Positions 38,358 to 49,153 of a DNA stretch of 64,000 bases are shown piece by piece. The DNA is from Terriglobia bacterium (GTDB lineage: Bacteria > Acidobacteriota > Terriglobia > 20CM-2-55-15), in the NCBI GenBank assembly GCA_963664115.2, contig CAXWPJ010000010.1, positions 128,001 through 192,000 on the forward strand, read 5' to 3'. How positions within the stretch are numbered: the first letter of the stretch is position 1; every line of letters starts with the position of its first letter. The position numbers and the translations under genes were made by a program. The notes below the pieces were generated by a model. That model was not told where the DNA came from. It saw only the letters and a list, made by a program, of their open reading frames with translations, and searched no databases.

Positions 38358-39752
38358 CTAAGCAGACATCATCTCCGCGATCAAGCCAAGCAGAACCTCC
38401 TCTTCGTCCCGGGACACCGTACGTAAATCCAGAAGAACGCGATCATCTTCGATCCGGACGATGACAGGCGGCTTGGTCCGCCGAAAGCGGTTTTCCATCT
38501 CCGTAGCAGAAATCTGCCCGGGAGACAGCGCGACACCCCAGGACGGGATTTCGACTCCCGGCACGGAGCCTCCACCGACGACAGACTTCAAGGATATCGG
38601 CGTAACGGCCGGATTGCCTGCCCGACGCGCCATGGCCTCAGACCGGTCGCGGAGTTCGGATTCATCGGCACCCAGCATGCCCAAGGCTGGGATGCCAGAG
38701 CTATCCCCTCTCAGGTGCATGAGCAAGACGATTTCCAAGACCGATAAGGTCAGCTTGTCGACACGGAGAGCCCGGAACAGTGGATTCTTGCGAATTCGAT
38801 CGATCAGCGCATTCCTGCCTGCAACGATCCCGGCCTGGGGGCCACCCATCAGTTTGTCGCCGCTGAAGGAAACAACGTCCACGCCGGCGTCGATACTTTC
38901 TTTCGGAAGCGGCTCGTCGGTAATCGCGGCATTCGGCATATCAGCCAGGCAGCCACTGCCGATATCTTCATATGTCGGGATCTTCGAACTACGCCCCAGT
39001 TCCACAAAGTCTTTGAGCGAAGGCCGCTCTGTAAAACCAATGACTCTGAAATTGCTGGGATGGACTCGGAGCAGCAGTCGCGTTTCGGGACCGGTCCCCG
39101 CCGCATAGTCCTCGATTCGTGTCCGGTTGGTTGTCCCGATCTCGCGGAGACGGGCGCCGCTTTTGACCATCACTTCGGGAATTCTGAAGGAGCCCCCGAT
39201 CTCCACGGCTTCACCGCGGGAGACCAGGACCTCACCGCCCTCGGCCAGAGAATTCAGCACCAGCAGAACGGCAGCAGCGTTGTTGTTGACCACAAGCGCC
39301 GCTTCCGATCCCAGCAGCTCGTTGATCAAACCGACGACGTGGCCGTCCCTCTTGCCGCGGGTTCCGTCCTCAAGATTGAACTCGAGATTGGAATAGCCCA
39401 TCGACACGTCCCGCAGATGATCGATCGCGGCTACGGGCACCGGCGCCCTTCCAAGATTCGTGTGAAGAACGACTCCTGACGCGTTGATGACACGCGTGAG
39501 CGACGGTGTGAGAAAGCGCTCGATCCGGACGCACAGCTCTAAAGCAGCATCTCGGGTCAGCTCCTCCCTGGTAGCCTCCTGGGAGGCCTCAGAGTCCTCC
39601 GCTCGCAACCGGGCGCGCGTTTCCACCAGCACGGCATTCAATAGTCTGGAAACGAACGGTTGATCGAGGACGGGACCGAAATGGCTCAGTTCCTTGCGCT
39701 CCAGCACATCGTTAACCGGGGGAATTTTGCGCAGGGCCTTCATGACGGCCAT
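38358..39752 (-). CDS. selA: L-seryl-tRNA(Sec) selenium transferase
   Basis: VINASGVVLHTNLGRAP, VNNNAAAV, EIGGSFRIP, FSGDKLMGGPQAG. Confidence 0.97.
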   Translation of the reverse strand: MAVMKALRKIPPVNDVLERKELSHFGPVLDQPFVSRLLNAVLVETRARLRAEDSEASQEATREELTRDAALELCVRIERFLTPSLTRVINASGVVLHTNLGRAPVPVAAIDHLRDVSMGYSNLEFNLEDGTRGKRDGHVVGLINELLGSEAALVVNNNAAAVLLVLNSLAEGGEVLVSRGEAVEIGGSFRIPEVMVKSGARLREIGTTNRTRIEDYAAGTGPETRLLLRVHPSNFRVIGFTERPSLKDFVELGRSSKIPTYEDIGSGCLADMPNAAITDEPLPKESIDAGVDVVSFSGDKLMGGPQAGIVAGRNALIDRIRKNPLFRALRVDKLTLSVLEIVLLMHLRGDSSGIPALGMLGADESELRDRSEAMARRAGNPAVTPISLKSVVGGGSVPGVEIPSWGVALSPGQISATEMENRFRRTKPPVIVRIEDDRVLLDLRTVSRDEEEVLLGLIAEMMSA

Positions 39753-39828
39753 TTCAGCATACCGAACCTTGATTTACAATTGGGGACCGGTCTTGGTACA
39801 CCGCACGGAGAGAATCTCGCTGACAATC

Positions 39829-40425
39829 ATGCTGCGTTCATCGATTATTTGCGTGTCCATTCTAGCGCTGCTGGCATTCGCACAGCCGGCCGTCGCCTGG
39901 CCCGACGCCGCCTATTCGGAAATTTTCAACAACGCGGCCGGCGTCCTGCCTCCGCCGCTGAAACAACTTCTGGAGGACATCGGATTCTCACCGAACCCCT
40001 CGTGCGCCACAACCCGTGTGGAGGGGGCTGTGGAGCAGGCGATCCAGGAGTTTTCCAGCCCCAACGGCAGTCTTCCACGCGCAATCAGCGCCATGAAGGA
40101 TGCCGGTTGCGCGATCGCGGCATTGAATGATCCCGGGATGAATGCTCTGGTGGAATCACAGCAACAGAATTTCGCGCTAGTCTTCTACGGATGGCATCCC
40201 GTGATCGAAGCAGGCAACCTGGGGGAGTACCTGCGTGTCCGGAACGAAGAACGCCAGCGACTTCTAAACCGCTTCGGACGGAGTTCGGAACTTCCGAATC
40301 TGTCCGAAAACGTGGAACTGTCCCCGGAATTCGGCATGGCATCCATCGCCTTTTCCCACGCAGTCACTGATGTCGCTAACATATGGCTCTACGTTTGGAC
40401 CTCCGTTAACGGCGCTTTGCAGTAG
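39829..40425 (+). CDS. Secreted hypothetical protein, possibly a degenerate phospholipase C / P1-nuclease fold
   Basis: Signal peptide ending AVA-W; A..LP..L..L; C-terminal AVTDVANIWLYVW. Confidence 0.7.
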   Translation: MLRSSIICVSILALLAFAQPAVAWPDAAYSEIFNNAAGVLPPPLKQLLEDIGFSPNPSCATTRVEGAVEQAIQEFSSPNGSLPRAISAMKDAGCAIAALNDPGMNALVESQQQNFALVFYGWHPVIEAGNLGEYLRVRNEERQRLLNRFGRSSELPNLSENVELSPEFGMASIAFSHAVTDVANIWLYVWTSVNGALQ

Positions 40426-40441
40426 ATAGACACACCACTAG

Positions 40442-42290
40442 TCCCAAAACAAGCGCATAACCAGTCCGCCGAGGCCCAGTTCGCGCCGATAGAATTCGAG
40501 GCATAGAATCCCGTTCCCGGATGGCCTGTTCCAGGTATCGAGTTTCTGTTGAATCTGTTTCAGTTCAGCCTCGCTGGTGTTGGACGGTTGACAGAAACCG
40601 GGACCTCGATCGCCCGGGCTCAGAGTCATGATCGGGTCAACATCGCAGAGGCTGACGCAACACATCCACCCCGCGGAACAAGACCGGCAACCACCGGTTC
40701 CAGGCCAGGATCCGGAACAGAATGCGCCGCCCGGTGCGCACGAGTTGGCACGGCACAAGCATGAAAGCGTTCAAGAAGGTTTTGAACTCCATGCGCAGCA
40801 CGGTTTGCTTCTCAGCCTGATATTTTTGGCCCCAACGTCCGGTTTCGGGAAGCAGCAATGCAAACCACGCTTTCAGTGTCCAGGCCAGTGACGCGATCAC
40901 CATGTAGGCCCAGTTGCTGGTCTGATCTCCGACCGGCATCCGCAACGCCTGAACGCCGTTCTTCAACTGCTCAATGAGATTCTCCTGATTGCACCGTTGA
41001 TTGGCACGCATCACAATCTGGTCGGCCGGATCCGAACGGTTGGTAATGTAGAAGAAGTACCGGATGTCGTCAAACAACACCTGCTCTCCTTTGGCCACCG
41101 ACAGATTCTTCCGCACCACGACGACACGGTAGTCCCGATCGCAGGCTCCGGGTCGATACCGAAACTCGGCCACATCCTCACCCTGCAAGCGGATATTGTC
41201 GAAACCGCGCTGCCGAACGATCTCTTCCTTCACGTTGTCGGGACGTTGGCGCGGTTCGGTCGCCACGTCGTATTTCGCGGGCCGTTCCAGGCGCTTCCAC
41301 TGGCGCGGCTCCAGTTCATCGGCCCGGGCCTTCAGGTTCGCCATCGCGTCAATCCCGAATATGAAACCCACCTGCTGGTCGTCCCATCCGTCCAGATGCC
41401 GGGTCTGGCTGAAGTCCGTGTCCCCGCGCAGCAGGATCTGGCGAAACCCCGCATGCCGGCACAATGCGATGGCTTGGTCGAACCGGACCGCGGCTCCTTC
41501 ATGCGACGGCCGGTTGCCGCTACGATTGACCAGATACAGCGGTTCGGCGGTGTTGGCCAGCGAGATCATCAGCGGGTGATATCCCCACGTCCCGTCGTAG
41601 GCCACGTCCATCCCTTGCTTGCATTCCCCCGTGGTTTCGGCCAGTGTCCCGTCCGCGTCCAACACCGCTTCTTCGAAAAACGCCGCCGGTTGCTGTCGCC
41701 AGACTCCGAGCCGGACTTGATTGGTTGCCTCCATCAGACACTCCACGTCGTCGGCCTCGAATCTCCGGCAGAAGTCTCCCGCCGTCGTCGGATCCGGAAT
41801 CCGTTGCGCTCCCAGCGCATCCAGATACACCGCATCGTTGCGCCGCAGTTCGATGTCTTCCAGGCACGTTCCTCCGCTCAAGGCGTTGTAGGCGATGTTC
41901 AGCACGTGATCCGACTCGTGATACGGCAGGTGCCGCTTCAACACATGCACGCCCTTGTCGATGGCTTCGATCAGCCCGGTCCGCCGCGCCACCAGTTGCA
42001 TCGTCCCGATACCACCAACCGATGTGCCCCGCGTCCGCTCTCCCATCTCGTACTGAATGTTGCTCGCCGAAAACATCGGCTCTACCTGATCCGTCCAATG
42101 CCGGTCCCCAAGCCGACGTTCGATTCGCCGCTTGCGGTTCCTCATGTTCTTGCGCGTATAATCGTTCATCTGAAATGCCTCCTTTTCCGAAGAATCTGTT
42201 CAAGGTTTTTTTCGCACGGAGAGGGGGCATTTCGGGTACTTCCGCTCTTATTGCACTATCATTTCCTCGTCAATCACCCTTGTTCAGGGT
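40442..42290 (-). mobile_element. IS1380-family insertion sequence
   Basis: Ends TCCCAAAACAAG / CTTGTTCAGGGT (imperfect IR); CTAG direct repeats at 40438-40441 and 42291-42294; single transposase gene. Confidence 0.9.
40637..42169 (-). CDS. IS1380-family DDE transposase
   Basis: HLPYHESDHVL, IPDPTTAGDFCRRF, LDADGT, GYHPL, LRGDTDF, R.NQENLIEQLKNG. Confidence 0.93.
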   Translation of the reverse strand: MNDYTRKNMRNRKRRIERRLGDRHWTDQVEPMFSASNIQYEMGERTRGTSVGGIGTMQLVARRTGLIEAIDKGVHVLKRHLPYHESDHVLNIAYNALSGGTCLEDIELRRNDAVYLDALGAQRIPDPTTAGDFCRRFEADDVECLMEATNQVRLGVWRQQPAAFFEEAVLDADGTLAETTGECKQGMDVAYDGTWGYHPLMISLANTAEPLYLVNRSGNRPSHEGAAVRFDQAIALCRHAGFRQILLRGDTDFSQTRHLDGWDDQQVGFIFGIDAMANLKARADELEPRQWKRLERPAKYDVATEPRQRPDNVKEEIVRQRGFDNIRLQGEDVAEFRYRPGACDRDYRVVVVRKNLSVAKGEQVLFDDIRYFFYITNRSDPADQIVMRANQRCNQENLIEQLKNGVQALRMPVGDQTSNWAYMVIASLAWTLKAWFALLLPETGRWGQKYQAEKQTVLRMEFKTFLNAFMLVPCQLVRTGRRILFRILAWNRWLPVLFRGVDVLRQPLRC

Positions 42291-42333
42291 CTAGTGTGGT
42301 TTCTACGGCATCGGTATCCCCCGGAGGTTAGGT

Positions 42334-43527
42334 TTGAACTCAAGGACCAAGTACGCCATTCTCCTGGTTTCCTCTGTCATCGTCGTCTACGCGCTTATCG
42401 GTGGCATGATGGGGCGCGTCAGTGCCCAGGACGGCGCCTATCCTCAACTTTCCATATTCATGGAAGTGATCAACAGAATCCAGAACGACTATGTGGATGC
42501 CCCGAGCCTGTCGGACGCAATGGACGGAGCAATCCGGGGAATGGTCGAACGTGTCGATCCTCACGGTGGATATCTGTCCCCGGAAGGCGCGGATTTTTAT
42601 AGGAATTACGATCCCTTCACATCGGCGGGAATCGGTGTACGCCTCTCCAAGAAGTTCGACTATCCCATCATCGTGGCAGCGGTGCCGGGCGGCCCTGCCG
42701 ACCGCGCGGGCCTCGGATCCGGCGATACCATCGAGGGGATTGCCGGCGAATCTTTGCGGGAACACAATTTGATAGAAGTCCAGCAGTTGCTGACCGGGGA
42801 AGCGGGAACGATGGTCGATTTGACCGTTATCCGCCGCAGCCGGCCGGAGCCATCGGACCTCCGCCTGACTCGTGAAGTTGTGGCCCCGCCTCCGGTTCAA
42901 GCACGCATGCTGGACGGGAACATTGGTTATCTGAAAATAGCTCTGCTGGCGTCGGGAAAAGCGGCCGAAGCGCGCAACGAGATTGAACGGCTCTCCTCGG
43001 AAGGCGCGGAGCACTTTGTGCTGGATCTGCGAAACTCCGCCGGTGGAATCAGGGAGGAAGCTCTCGAGTTGGCTGACCTGTTCGTCGATTCGGGAAGCCT
43101 CGGTTACGTCGAAGGTCAGACCACCGAACGGGAGACCTTCTCCGCCGACGCGGCACGAACCGTATCCAGCCTCCCTCTGGTGGTCCTGATTAACGGAGGC
43201 ACGGCTGAAGCCGCCGAGATCGCGGCAGCCGCCATCCGCGACAACGGACGCGGTGAACTCGTCGGCGTCCGAAGCTTCGGCCTGGGCTCCGTTCAGGAAC
43301 TACTGCCGTTGGATGACGGTTTTGCTTTGCTGCTATCGGTGGCCAAGTATTACAGCCCTTCGGGCTCTGAGATACAGCAAACGGGTGTCCTTCCCACCGT
43401 CGAGGTGACGGCCGCGGCCGCCGTCGACCCGCTGACGCTTCCGGACGAGCCGGCCCAGGCCACGGATAGACAGCTCGACCGGGCTGTCGAGATTCTTCTC
43501 GGAGAGGCCGGAGAAGAAGCGGCGTAA
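42334..43527 (+). CDS. C-terminal processing protease, S41 family (canonical catalytic Ser appears replaced)
   Basis: PDZ domain GIGV..PADRAGL, LDLRNSAGG, VLINGGTAEAAEI (usual motif is ASASE), SFGLGSVQ, KYYSPSG. Confidence 0.88.
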   Translation: MNSRTKYAILLVSSVIVVYALIGGMMGRVSAQDGAYPQLSIFMEVINRIQNDYVDAPSLSDAMDGAIRGMVERVDPHGGYLSPEGADFYRNYDPFTSAGIGVRLSKKFDYPIIVAAVPGGPADRAGLGSGDTIEGIAGESLREHNLIEVQQLLTGEAGTMVDLTVIRRSRPEPSDLRLTREVVAPPPVQARMLDGNIGYLKIALLASGKAAEARNEIERLSSEGAEHFVLDLRNSAGGIREEALELADLFVDSGSLGYVEGQTTERETFSADAARTVSSLPLVVLINGGTAEAAEIAAAAIRDNGRGELVGVRSFGLGSVQELLPLDDGFALLLSVAKYYSPSGSEIQQTGVLPTVEVTAAAAVDPLTLPDEPAQATDRQLDRAVEILLGEAGEEAA

Positions 43528-43533
43528 AAAGCT

Positions 43534-45417
43534 TTGTTGGCCCGCTTTCACGACGTTTCCAAGTCGTATGGTTCCTTTGACGTTCTCCGGAGCGTCTCTT
43601 TCGAAATTCATCCCGGAAACAAAGTCGGACTGATCGGTGCCAACGGCTCCGGCAAGACCACTCTGCTCGGCCTCATCCAAACTCCCGACAACACAGACAG
43701 CGGCACCGTCACTACCGGCTCGGGCGTTCGAATTGGCCGCCTGGATCAGCTTCCCGACTTCGGCACCGCAACGGTTCTGGATGAGGCCTTGTCTTCTTTT
43801 GCGGATCTTCAGAAGGGAGAACGGCAACTTCGGGAAATGGAAGCAGCGATGGCCGCAGATAGCGATCCGGATCTACTGTCCCGCTATTCCAAAATCCAGG
43901 AGGACTTCGAATTCCGTGGTGGCTACAGTTATCGAGCACGAACCGAGGGGGCACTCTTCGGTGTAGGTTTCACGCGGAATCAGTTCGATCAACCCGCGAA
44001 CCTGCTTTCGGGCGGCGAGCAAAACCGGCTTGCCCTGGCGCGATTGCTCCTGGGGGAGACCGATCTTCTCCTGCTGGACGAACCGACCAACCACCTGGAC
44101 ATCCGATCTATAGAGTGGCTGGAACGCTATCTCAGGGAAACCGATAAATCGCTGTTGATCGTGTCACACGACCGATTCTTCCTGGATCGCATCGTCGGCC
44201 GGGTCCTCGAACTCGACAACGGCCAGCTCTATAGCTACACGGGCAACTATTCCGCATACGTCAGACAGCGCAATCTTCGACTCGAGCTCCAGGAAAAGGA
44301 GTGGAAGCGGCAACAGGAGTGGATCAAGAAGACTCAGGATTACATCCAGCGCAACATCGCGGGTCAGAAGACCAAGCAGGCGCAGTCACGCCGGAGGGCA
44401 CTCGCCCGGATTCAAACCGTCACAAAACCTCCGTCTCCTGGAAACAGAGTTCGTTTTCGCTTCATGTCCTCGACAAAAACCGGACGTTACCTCTTGCGCA
44501 CACGCGCACTGGGAATCGGATACCCAACAAGAGGGGTCATTGAGAACGTGACTATCGATGTCGAAAAAGGTCAGCGGTGGGCGCTGGTGGGGCCGAACGG
44601 TTCGGGCAAGACAACGTTATTGCGTTCCCTGATCGGCCGTCTCGCTCCGATTTCCGGGGAATTGAATTGGGACAATCGTCTGGAAGTAGGCTATTACGAT
44701 CAGCAACTTGAAGACCTCGACCCTGGTTCAAGCGTTCTGGATGAAATCCGCTCCCTGGATTCACAACCCAGCGACGGCGAACTTCGCGCATTCCTGGCTC
44801 AATTTCTGTTTCGCGGGGAGGATGTGTTCAAAGAGGTCGCCACCCTCAGTGGCGGCGAGCGATCTAAATTGGCCCTGGCCAAAATCATATATGCGTCTCC
44901 CCCCCTTCTTGCACTGGACGAACCAACGAACCACCTGGACATCGCTTCGTGCGAAGCCCTGGAACCGGCCTTAGGCACCTATCCGGGAACGATACTGTTC
45001 ATTACACACGACCGGCGGCTGGTCGAGCGCATCGCGACTCACATCCTCTACGTAGGCGACCAGCGCGTCCGTTTGTTCGACCGGTTTCAGGCTTTCGAAG
45101 AGTGGTTGGAAGAAGATGTGGCCGCATCCTCTTCAAAAACTGTGCAAAACCAAGGCCGGCCCAAAGACCGGAACCTCAAGAACCCGCCGACACCGCAGTT
45201 GAGCAAGAACCGGCGCGAACAACTGGAGAAAGAAGTACAGCGCCTGGAAACGAAAATCGGGGAGAGCGAGAGCGAAATCCACAAGATGGAATCGCTATTC
45301 CAGGATTCCCCGAAAGATCTCGAATGGGACAGCGCGAACCGGCGTTATGCGCAACTCAAAGTCCAGGTTGAAGGGCTTTATCAAGAATTGGCGCACAAGG
45401 CGGCATTGCTGGATTAG
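43534..45417 (+). CDS. ABC-F family ATPase (Uup/YheS-like)
   Basis: Two ABC domains (GANGSGKTT, LSGGE, LDEPTNHLD twice), no TM segments, C-terminal coiled coil. Confidence 0.95.
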   Translation: MLARFHDVSKSYGSFDVLRSVSFEIHPGNKVGLIGANGSGKTTLLGLIQTPDNTDSGTVTTGSGVRIGRLDQLPDFGTATVLDEALSSFADLQKGERQLREMEAAMAADSDPDLLSRYSKIQEDFEFRGGYSYRARTEGALFGVGFTRNQFDQPANLLSGGEQNRLALARLLLGETDLLLLDEPTNHLDIRSIEWLERYLRETDKSLLIVSHDRFFLDRIVGRVLELDNGQLYSYTGNYSAYVRQRNLRLELQEKEWKRQQEWIKKTQDYIQRNIAGQKTKQAQSRRRALARIQTVTKPPSPGNRVRFRFMSSTKTGRYLLRTRALGIGYPTRGVIENVTIDVEKGQRWALVGPNGSGKTTLLRSLIGRLAPISGELNWDNRLEVGYYDQQLEDLDPGSSVLDEIRSLDSQPSDGELRAFLAQFLFRGEDVFKEVATLSGGERSKLALAKIIYASPPLLALDEPTNHLDIASCEALEPALGTYPGTILFITHDRRLVERIATHILYVGDQRVRLFDRFQAFEEWLEEDVAASSSKTVQNQGRPKDRNLKNPPTPQLSKNRREQLEKEVQRLETKIGESESEIHKMESLFQDSPKDLEWDSANRRYAQLKVQVEGLYQELAHKAALLD

Positions 45418-45481
45418 CCGCGGCGCTGCTGGATTAGCCGCGGCGCTATTAGACTAGCCGCGGCGCTATTGGACCAGCCGC
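45401..45481. repeat. Tandem repeat, 20-bp unit, about 4 copies
   Basis: CGGCATTGCTGGATTAGCCG / CGGCGCTGCTGGATTAGCCG / CGGCGCTATTAGACTAGCCG / CGGCGCTATTGGACCAGCCG. Confidence 0.85.
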
Positions 45482-45600
45482 TAATGTAGCTTTCGACTTG
45501 CGCGACAGGAAACTGCTGATCCGCGATGACAGCCTTCACGAGATCACCTATCGAAGCAAATCCAACAACGCGACCCGCGTCGGCTCCCACCAGTTGCAGG
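45478..45600 (-). pseudogene. 3' remnant of a CBS-domain protein gene
   Basis: GRVVGFASIGDLVKAVIADQQFPVAQVESYISG resembles the C-terminus of stand-alone CBS-pair proteins; no N-terminal part is visible. Confidence 0.65.
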
Positions 45601-45779
45601 GACCTGGGCGGAGTACTCAAGCTGGATTCGTGATATCAGCCGCACCGTTTCGCCACAATCTGAAGCCGCAACACTCTGCCCTCGAGCGACGCCCTCTTTG
45701 ATCGATCCTGAGATTATGGGCTAGAATGTAGAGTTCCAAACCCACTCTGATTACTGTCCGAGGAACGTTTGACACCGGC

Positions 45780-48563
45780 ATGTCGATTAAATCCATTCGT
45801 ATCCGCGGAGCCCGGCAACATAACCTGAAGAACGTCAACGTGGAGATCCCACGCAACGCTTTGACGGTGGTCACGGGTTTAAGCGGTTCGGGAAAGTCGA
45901 GCCTGGCGTTCGATACGGTCTACGCGGAAGGCCAGAGACGCTACGTAGAATCGCTATCGGCTTACGCACGTCAATTTCTGGACCGATTGGAACCGCCTGA
46001 TGTCGACTCGATCGAGGGACTGTCGCCAGCCATCTCCATCGAACAGAAGGGTTCCTCACGCAGCCCCCGCTCCACTGTCGGAACGGTTACTGAAATTTAC
46101 GATTACCTCCGGCTTCTGTTCGCCTCGATCGGCACACCGCATTGTCCGGAGTGCGGCAAGGCGATCTCCCGGCAAAGCCCCGACCAGATCGTACGCAGTC
46201 TCAAGGACCTGCCTGAAGGTGAACGCGTTATGGTGCTGGCTCCCATCGTCCGCGGCCGAAAAGGCGAGTTCAAGGTTCAGTTGGCATCCATGGCAAAGGC
46301 GGGCTACGTCCGTGCTCGAATCGACGGCACGCTGCACAACCTGGATGAACCGATCGAACTGAACCGCCGGAAGAACCACACGATCGAAATCGTCGTCGAT
46401 CGCCTCATGATCAAGGCAGGAATCGAAAAACGACTCCAGACTTCAATCGAACGGGCCATCAAGCTCGCAGGCGGCATCGTCCAGATTGCGATCGTGGGGG
46501 GAGACGAGCAACTCTATTCGGAATCCATGGCGTGCGTGGATTGTGGCGTCAACATGCCCGCGATCGAACCCCGGACCTTCTCGTTCAACAGCGTTTACGG
46601 CGCATGCCCGAAGTGCAATGGGCTGGGCGTCCGTTTCGACTTCGATCCCGGACGCATACTGCCGGATTCCTCCCAATCGATTCTGAATGGAGGGCTTAGC
46701 TTGAACGGTTGGTTCGAGGACGAAATTGAAACGACGCTGAAGAAAATCGCCAAATCCTTCCGCACCGATCTCGACGTCCCCTTTGACAATCTGCCTGCCA
46801 AAGTACGGCAGGCAGTCTTCCACGGTGTTCACGGTCGCGGCAAGAAACTCGAAGGAGTGATCGACGTACTCAACCGCCTCTATGACGACGACGTAGAGCT
46901 CAGCGAGTATATGGCGACCAACCCATGTAGCGATTGTTCGGGATCCCGGCTCAGAGCGGAAAGCCTGGCAGTGACCGTCGGCGGTGAAACGATTGCTGCG
47001 ATTACGGCTCTACCGATCGCCGAAACGCTGGGTTTCTTCAAAGGTCTGAAACTCGGTCCCCGGGAAACACTGATTGCAGGACGCATCATTCGGGAAATTC
47101 TGGAGCGATTGGAGTTTTTGACTGGCGTCGGCCTGGATTATCTCAGCCTCGAACGGTCCGCTAATACGCTTTCCGGGGGCGAGAGCCAGCGAATACGCCT
47201 CGCAACCCAGATTGGTTCCAGACTCCGCGGAGTGCTCTATGTGTTGGACGAACCCTCCATCGGGCTTCACCACCGTGACAACGATCGCCTGCTGGGAACA
47301 TTGGAACGGCTCCGTGACCTGGGCAACACGGTGATCGTCGTGGAACACGATGAAGACACCATACGACGCGCAGACTACGTTGTGGATCTGGGACCTGGCG
47401 CGGGAACACATGGGGGTGAAATCGTTACGGTCGGGACTCCCGATGAAGTCGCCAACTCTCCTGACAGTCACACGGGTCAGTACCTGTCACATCGCAAGAC
47501 GATTCCACTTCCCGAAACCCGGCGCAAGGCTTCACGAAAAGTCTTGAAGGTCCGCGGTGGCGCTGAGCACAACCTCAAGCACATCGACGTATCCTTTCCC
47601 ATCGGCCTGATGACCGTTGTCACCGGAGTGTCGGGCTCAGGCAAATCGACCCTGGTGAACAATATTCTCTACCGGGCTCTGGCTCGCAAGCTGTACCGGG
47701 CTCTGGACGAACCCGGCGCCCATCGTGACATCCACGGCATCAATCACATCGATAAAGTCGTCGAAATTGATCAATCGCCTATCGGACGGACTCCGCGATC
47801 CAATCCGGCAACCTATACGGGCATGTTCACGCCAATCCGGGACCTGTACTCCATGATGCCCGAATCGCGAGCTCGCGGTTACAAGGCGGGCCGCTTCAGT
47901 TTCAACGTCAAAGGGGGACGCTGTGAGGCCTGCCGAGGCGACGGTCTGCGCAAGATCGAAATGAGCTTTCTACCCAACGTTTATGTTCCATGCGACGTGT
48001 GCCGGGGAAAACGTTACAACTCCGAAACCCTGGCTATTCGATATCGCGGCATGTCGATTGCCGATCTCTTGAGTGCGACGGTCGAACAAGCGTTGGGCGT
48101 TCTCGAAAACATCCCTCAGGTACGGGCGAAGCTTCAGACGCTCGTCGATGTGGGTCTCGGCTACATCCATTTGGGGCAATCAGCAACGACGCTTTCCGGA
48201 GGCGAAGCCCAACGGATCAAGCTGGCGAAAGAACTCAGCCGCCGCGCGACCGGAAAGACCCTCTACATTCTGGACGAACCTACGACAGGACTTCATTTCG
48301 ACGACGTCCGCAAACTTCTGGACGTGCTGAAGCGGTTGACAGAGTTCGGAAACACGGTGATCATAATCGAGCATCACCTCGATGTAATCAAGACCGCAGA
48401 TTGGATCATAGACCTGGGACCGGAAGGCGGAGAACGAGGAGGTCGCGTCGTGGCAGAGGGAACTCCGGAACAGGTGGCGAACTCTAAAGACTCCTACACG
48501 GGCGAAGCTCTTGCCGCACTTCTTTCGAACTCGCGCCCCAGCTCCCGCAGGAAAAAACGGTGA
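45780..48563 (+). CDS. uvrA: Excinuclease ABC subunit A
   Basis: [18 protein letters not shown], zinc fingers, [21 protein letters not shown]. Confidence 0.99.
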   Translation: MSIKSIRIRGARQHNLKNVNVEIPRNALTVVTGLSGSGKSSLAFDTVYAEGQRRYVESLSAYARQFLDRLEPPDVDSIEGLSPAISIEQKGSSRSPRSTVGTVTEIYDYLRLLFASIGTPHCPECGKAISRQSPDQIVRSLKDLPEGERVMVLAPIVRGRKGEFKVQLASMAKAGYVRARIDGTLHNLDEPIELNRRKNHTIEIVVDRLMIKAGIEKRLQTSIERAIKLAGGIVQIAIVGGDEQLYSESMACVDCGVNMPAIEPRTFSFNSVYGACPKCNGLGVRFDFDPGRILPDSSQSILNGGLSLNGWFEDEIETTLKKIAKSFRTDLDVPFDNLPAKVRQAVFHGVHGRGKKLEGVIDVLNRLYDDDVELSEYMATNPCSDCSGSRLRAESLAVTVGGETIAAITALPIAETLGFFKGLKLGPRETLIAGRIIREILERLEFLTGVGLDYLSLERSANTLSGGESQRIRLATQIGSRLRGVLYVLDEPSIGLHHRDNDRLLGTLERLRDLGNTVIVVEHDEDTIRRADYVVDLGPGAGTHGGEIVTVGTPDEVANSPDSHTGQYLSHRKTIPLPETRRKASRKVLKVRGGAEHNLKHIDVSFPIGLMTVVTGVSGSGKSTLVNNILYRALARKLYRALDEPGAHRDIHGINHIDKVVEIDQSPIGRTPRSNPATYTGMFTPIRDLYSMMPESRARGYKAGRFSFNVKGGRCEACRGDGLRKIEMSFLPNVYVPCDVCRGKRYNSETLAIRYRGMSIADLLSATVEQALGVLENIPQVRAKLQTLVDVGLGYIHLGQSATTLSGGEAQRIKLAKELSRRATGKTLYILDEPTTGLHFDDVRKLLDVLKRLTEFGNTVIIIEHHLDVIKTADWIIDLGPEGGERGGRVVAEGTPEQVANSKDSYTGEALAALLSNSRPSSRRKKR

Positions 48564-49153
48564 AAGACGCCCGAGAGGCTCTCCTTCGGTTCGTCGCTGA
48601 CAGCCATGACGTCGGGTCGCGGTTCTTTAACGATTATGGGACGCAAATCGTAGAAACCGCCGACCACATCGCGGCCCGATTGCGCGACGGCGGTAAGGTC
48701 CTTTTGTTCGGTAACGGTGGCAGCGCTGCGGACGCGCAGCACCTGGCAGCCGAGTTCGTCGGTCGATTCATTCCTGACCGGGCGGCACTGCCCGCGATTT
48801 CCCTTGCAACCGACACCTCGATACTCACTGCGATCGGCAATGATTATGGCTACGACTGCGTCTTTGCACGCCAGATCGAAGCACTCGCGAATGACGGTGA
48901 CGTCGTAATCGCGATCTCCACAAGCGGCAATTCACCCAATGTGCTGCGGGGCCTCAACGCAGCACGGGAGCGTGGGCTCTACACGCTCGGTTTCACGGGT
49001 GAATCCGGCGGGAAGATGCTCGACTGTGTAGACGTCCTGTTCCGCGTGCCTTCCAACGTCACTCCCCGGATTCAGGAAACCCACATTCTTCTCGGCCACG
49101 TTTTGTGCGAACTGGTAGACCGGGACCTCTTTCCCGAGGCCTACGATGACTGA
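48560..49153 (+). CDS. gmhA: Phosphoheptose isomerase
   Basis: [38 protein letters not shown]. Confidence 0.95.
   Translation: MKDAREALLRFVADSHDVGSRFFNDYGTQIVETADHIAARLRDGGKVLLFGNGGSAADAQHLAAEFVGRFIPDRAALPAISLATDTSILTAIGNDYGYDCVFARQIEALANDGDVVIAISTSGNSPNVLRGLNAARERGLYTLGFTGESGGKMLDCVDVLFRVPSNVTPRIQETHILLGHVLCELVDRDLFPEAYDD

Noticed and set aside
40997-42331. 444-aa plus-strand ORF
   Set aside because: Antisense shadow of the IS1380 transposase with no recognisable motifs
45401-45481. Possible CRISPR array
   Set aside because: Units are contiguous with no unique spacers, and there are no cas genes
45700-45779. LexA box upstream of uvrA
   Set aside because: No convincing GTTC-N7-GTTC, GAAC-N4-GTTC or CTGT-N8-ACAG match
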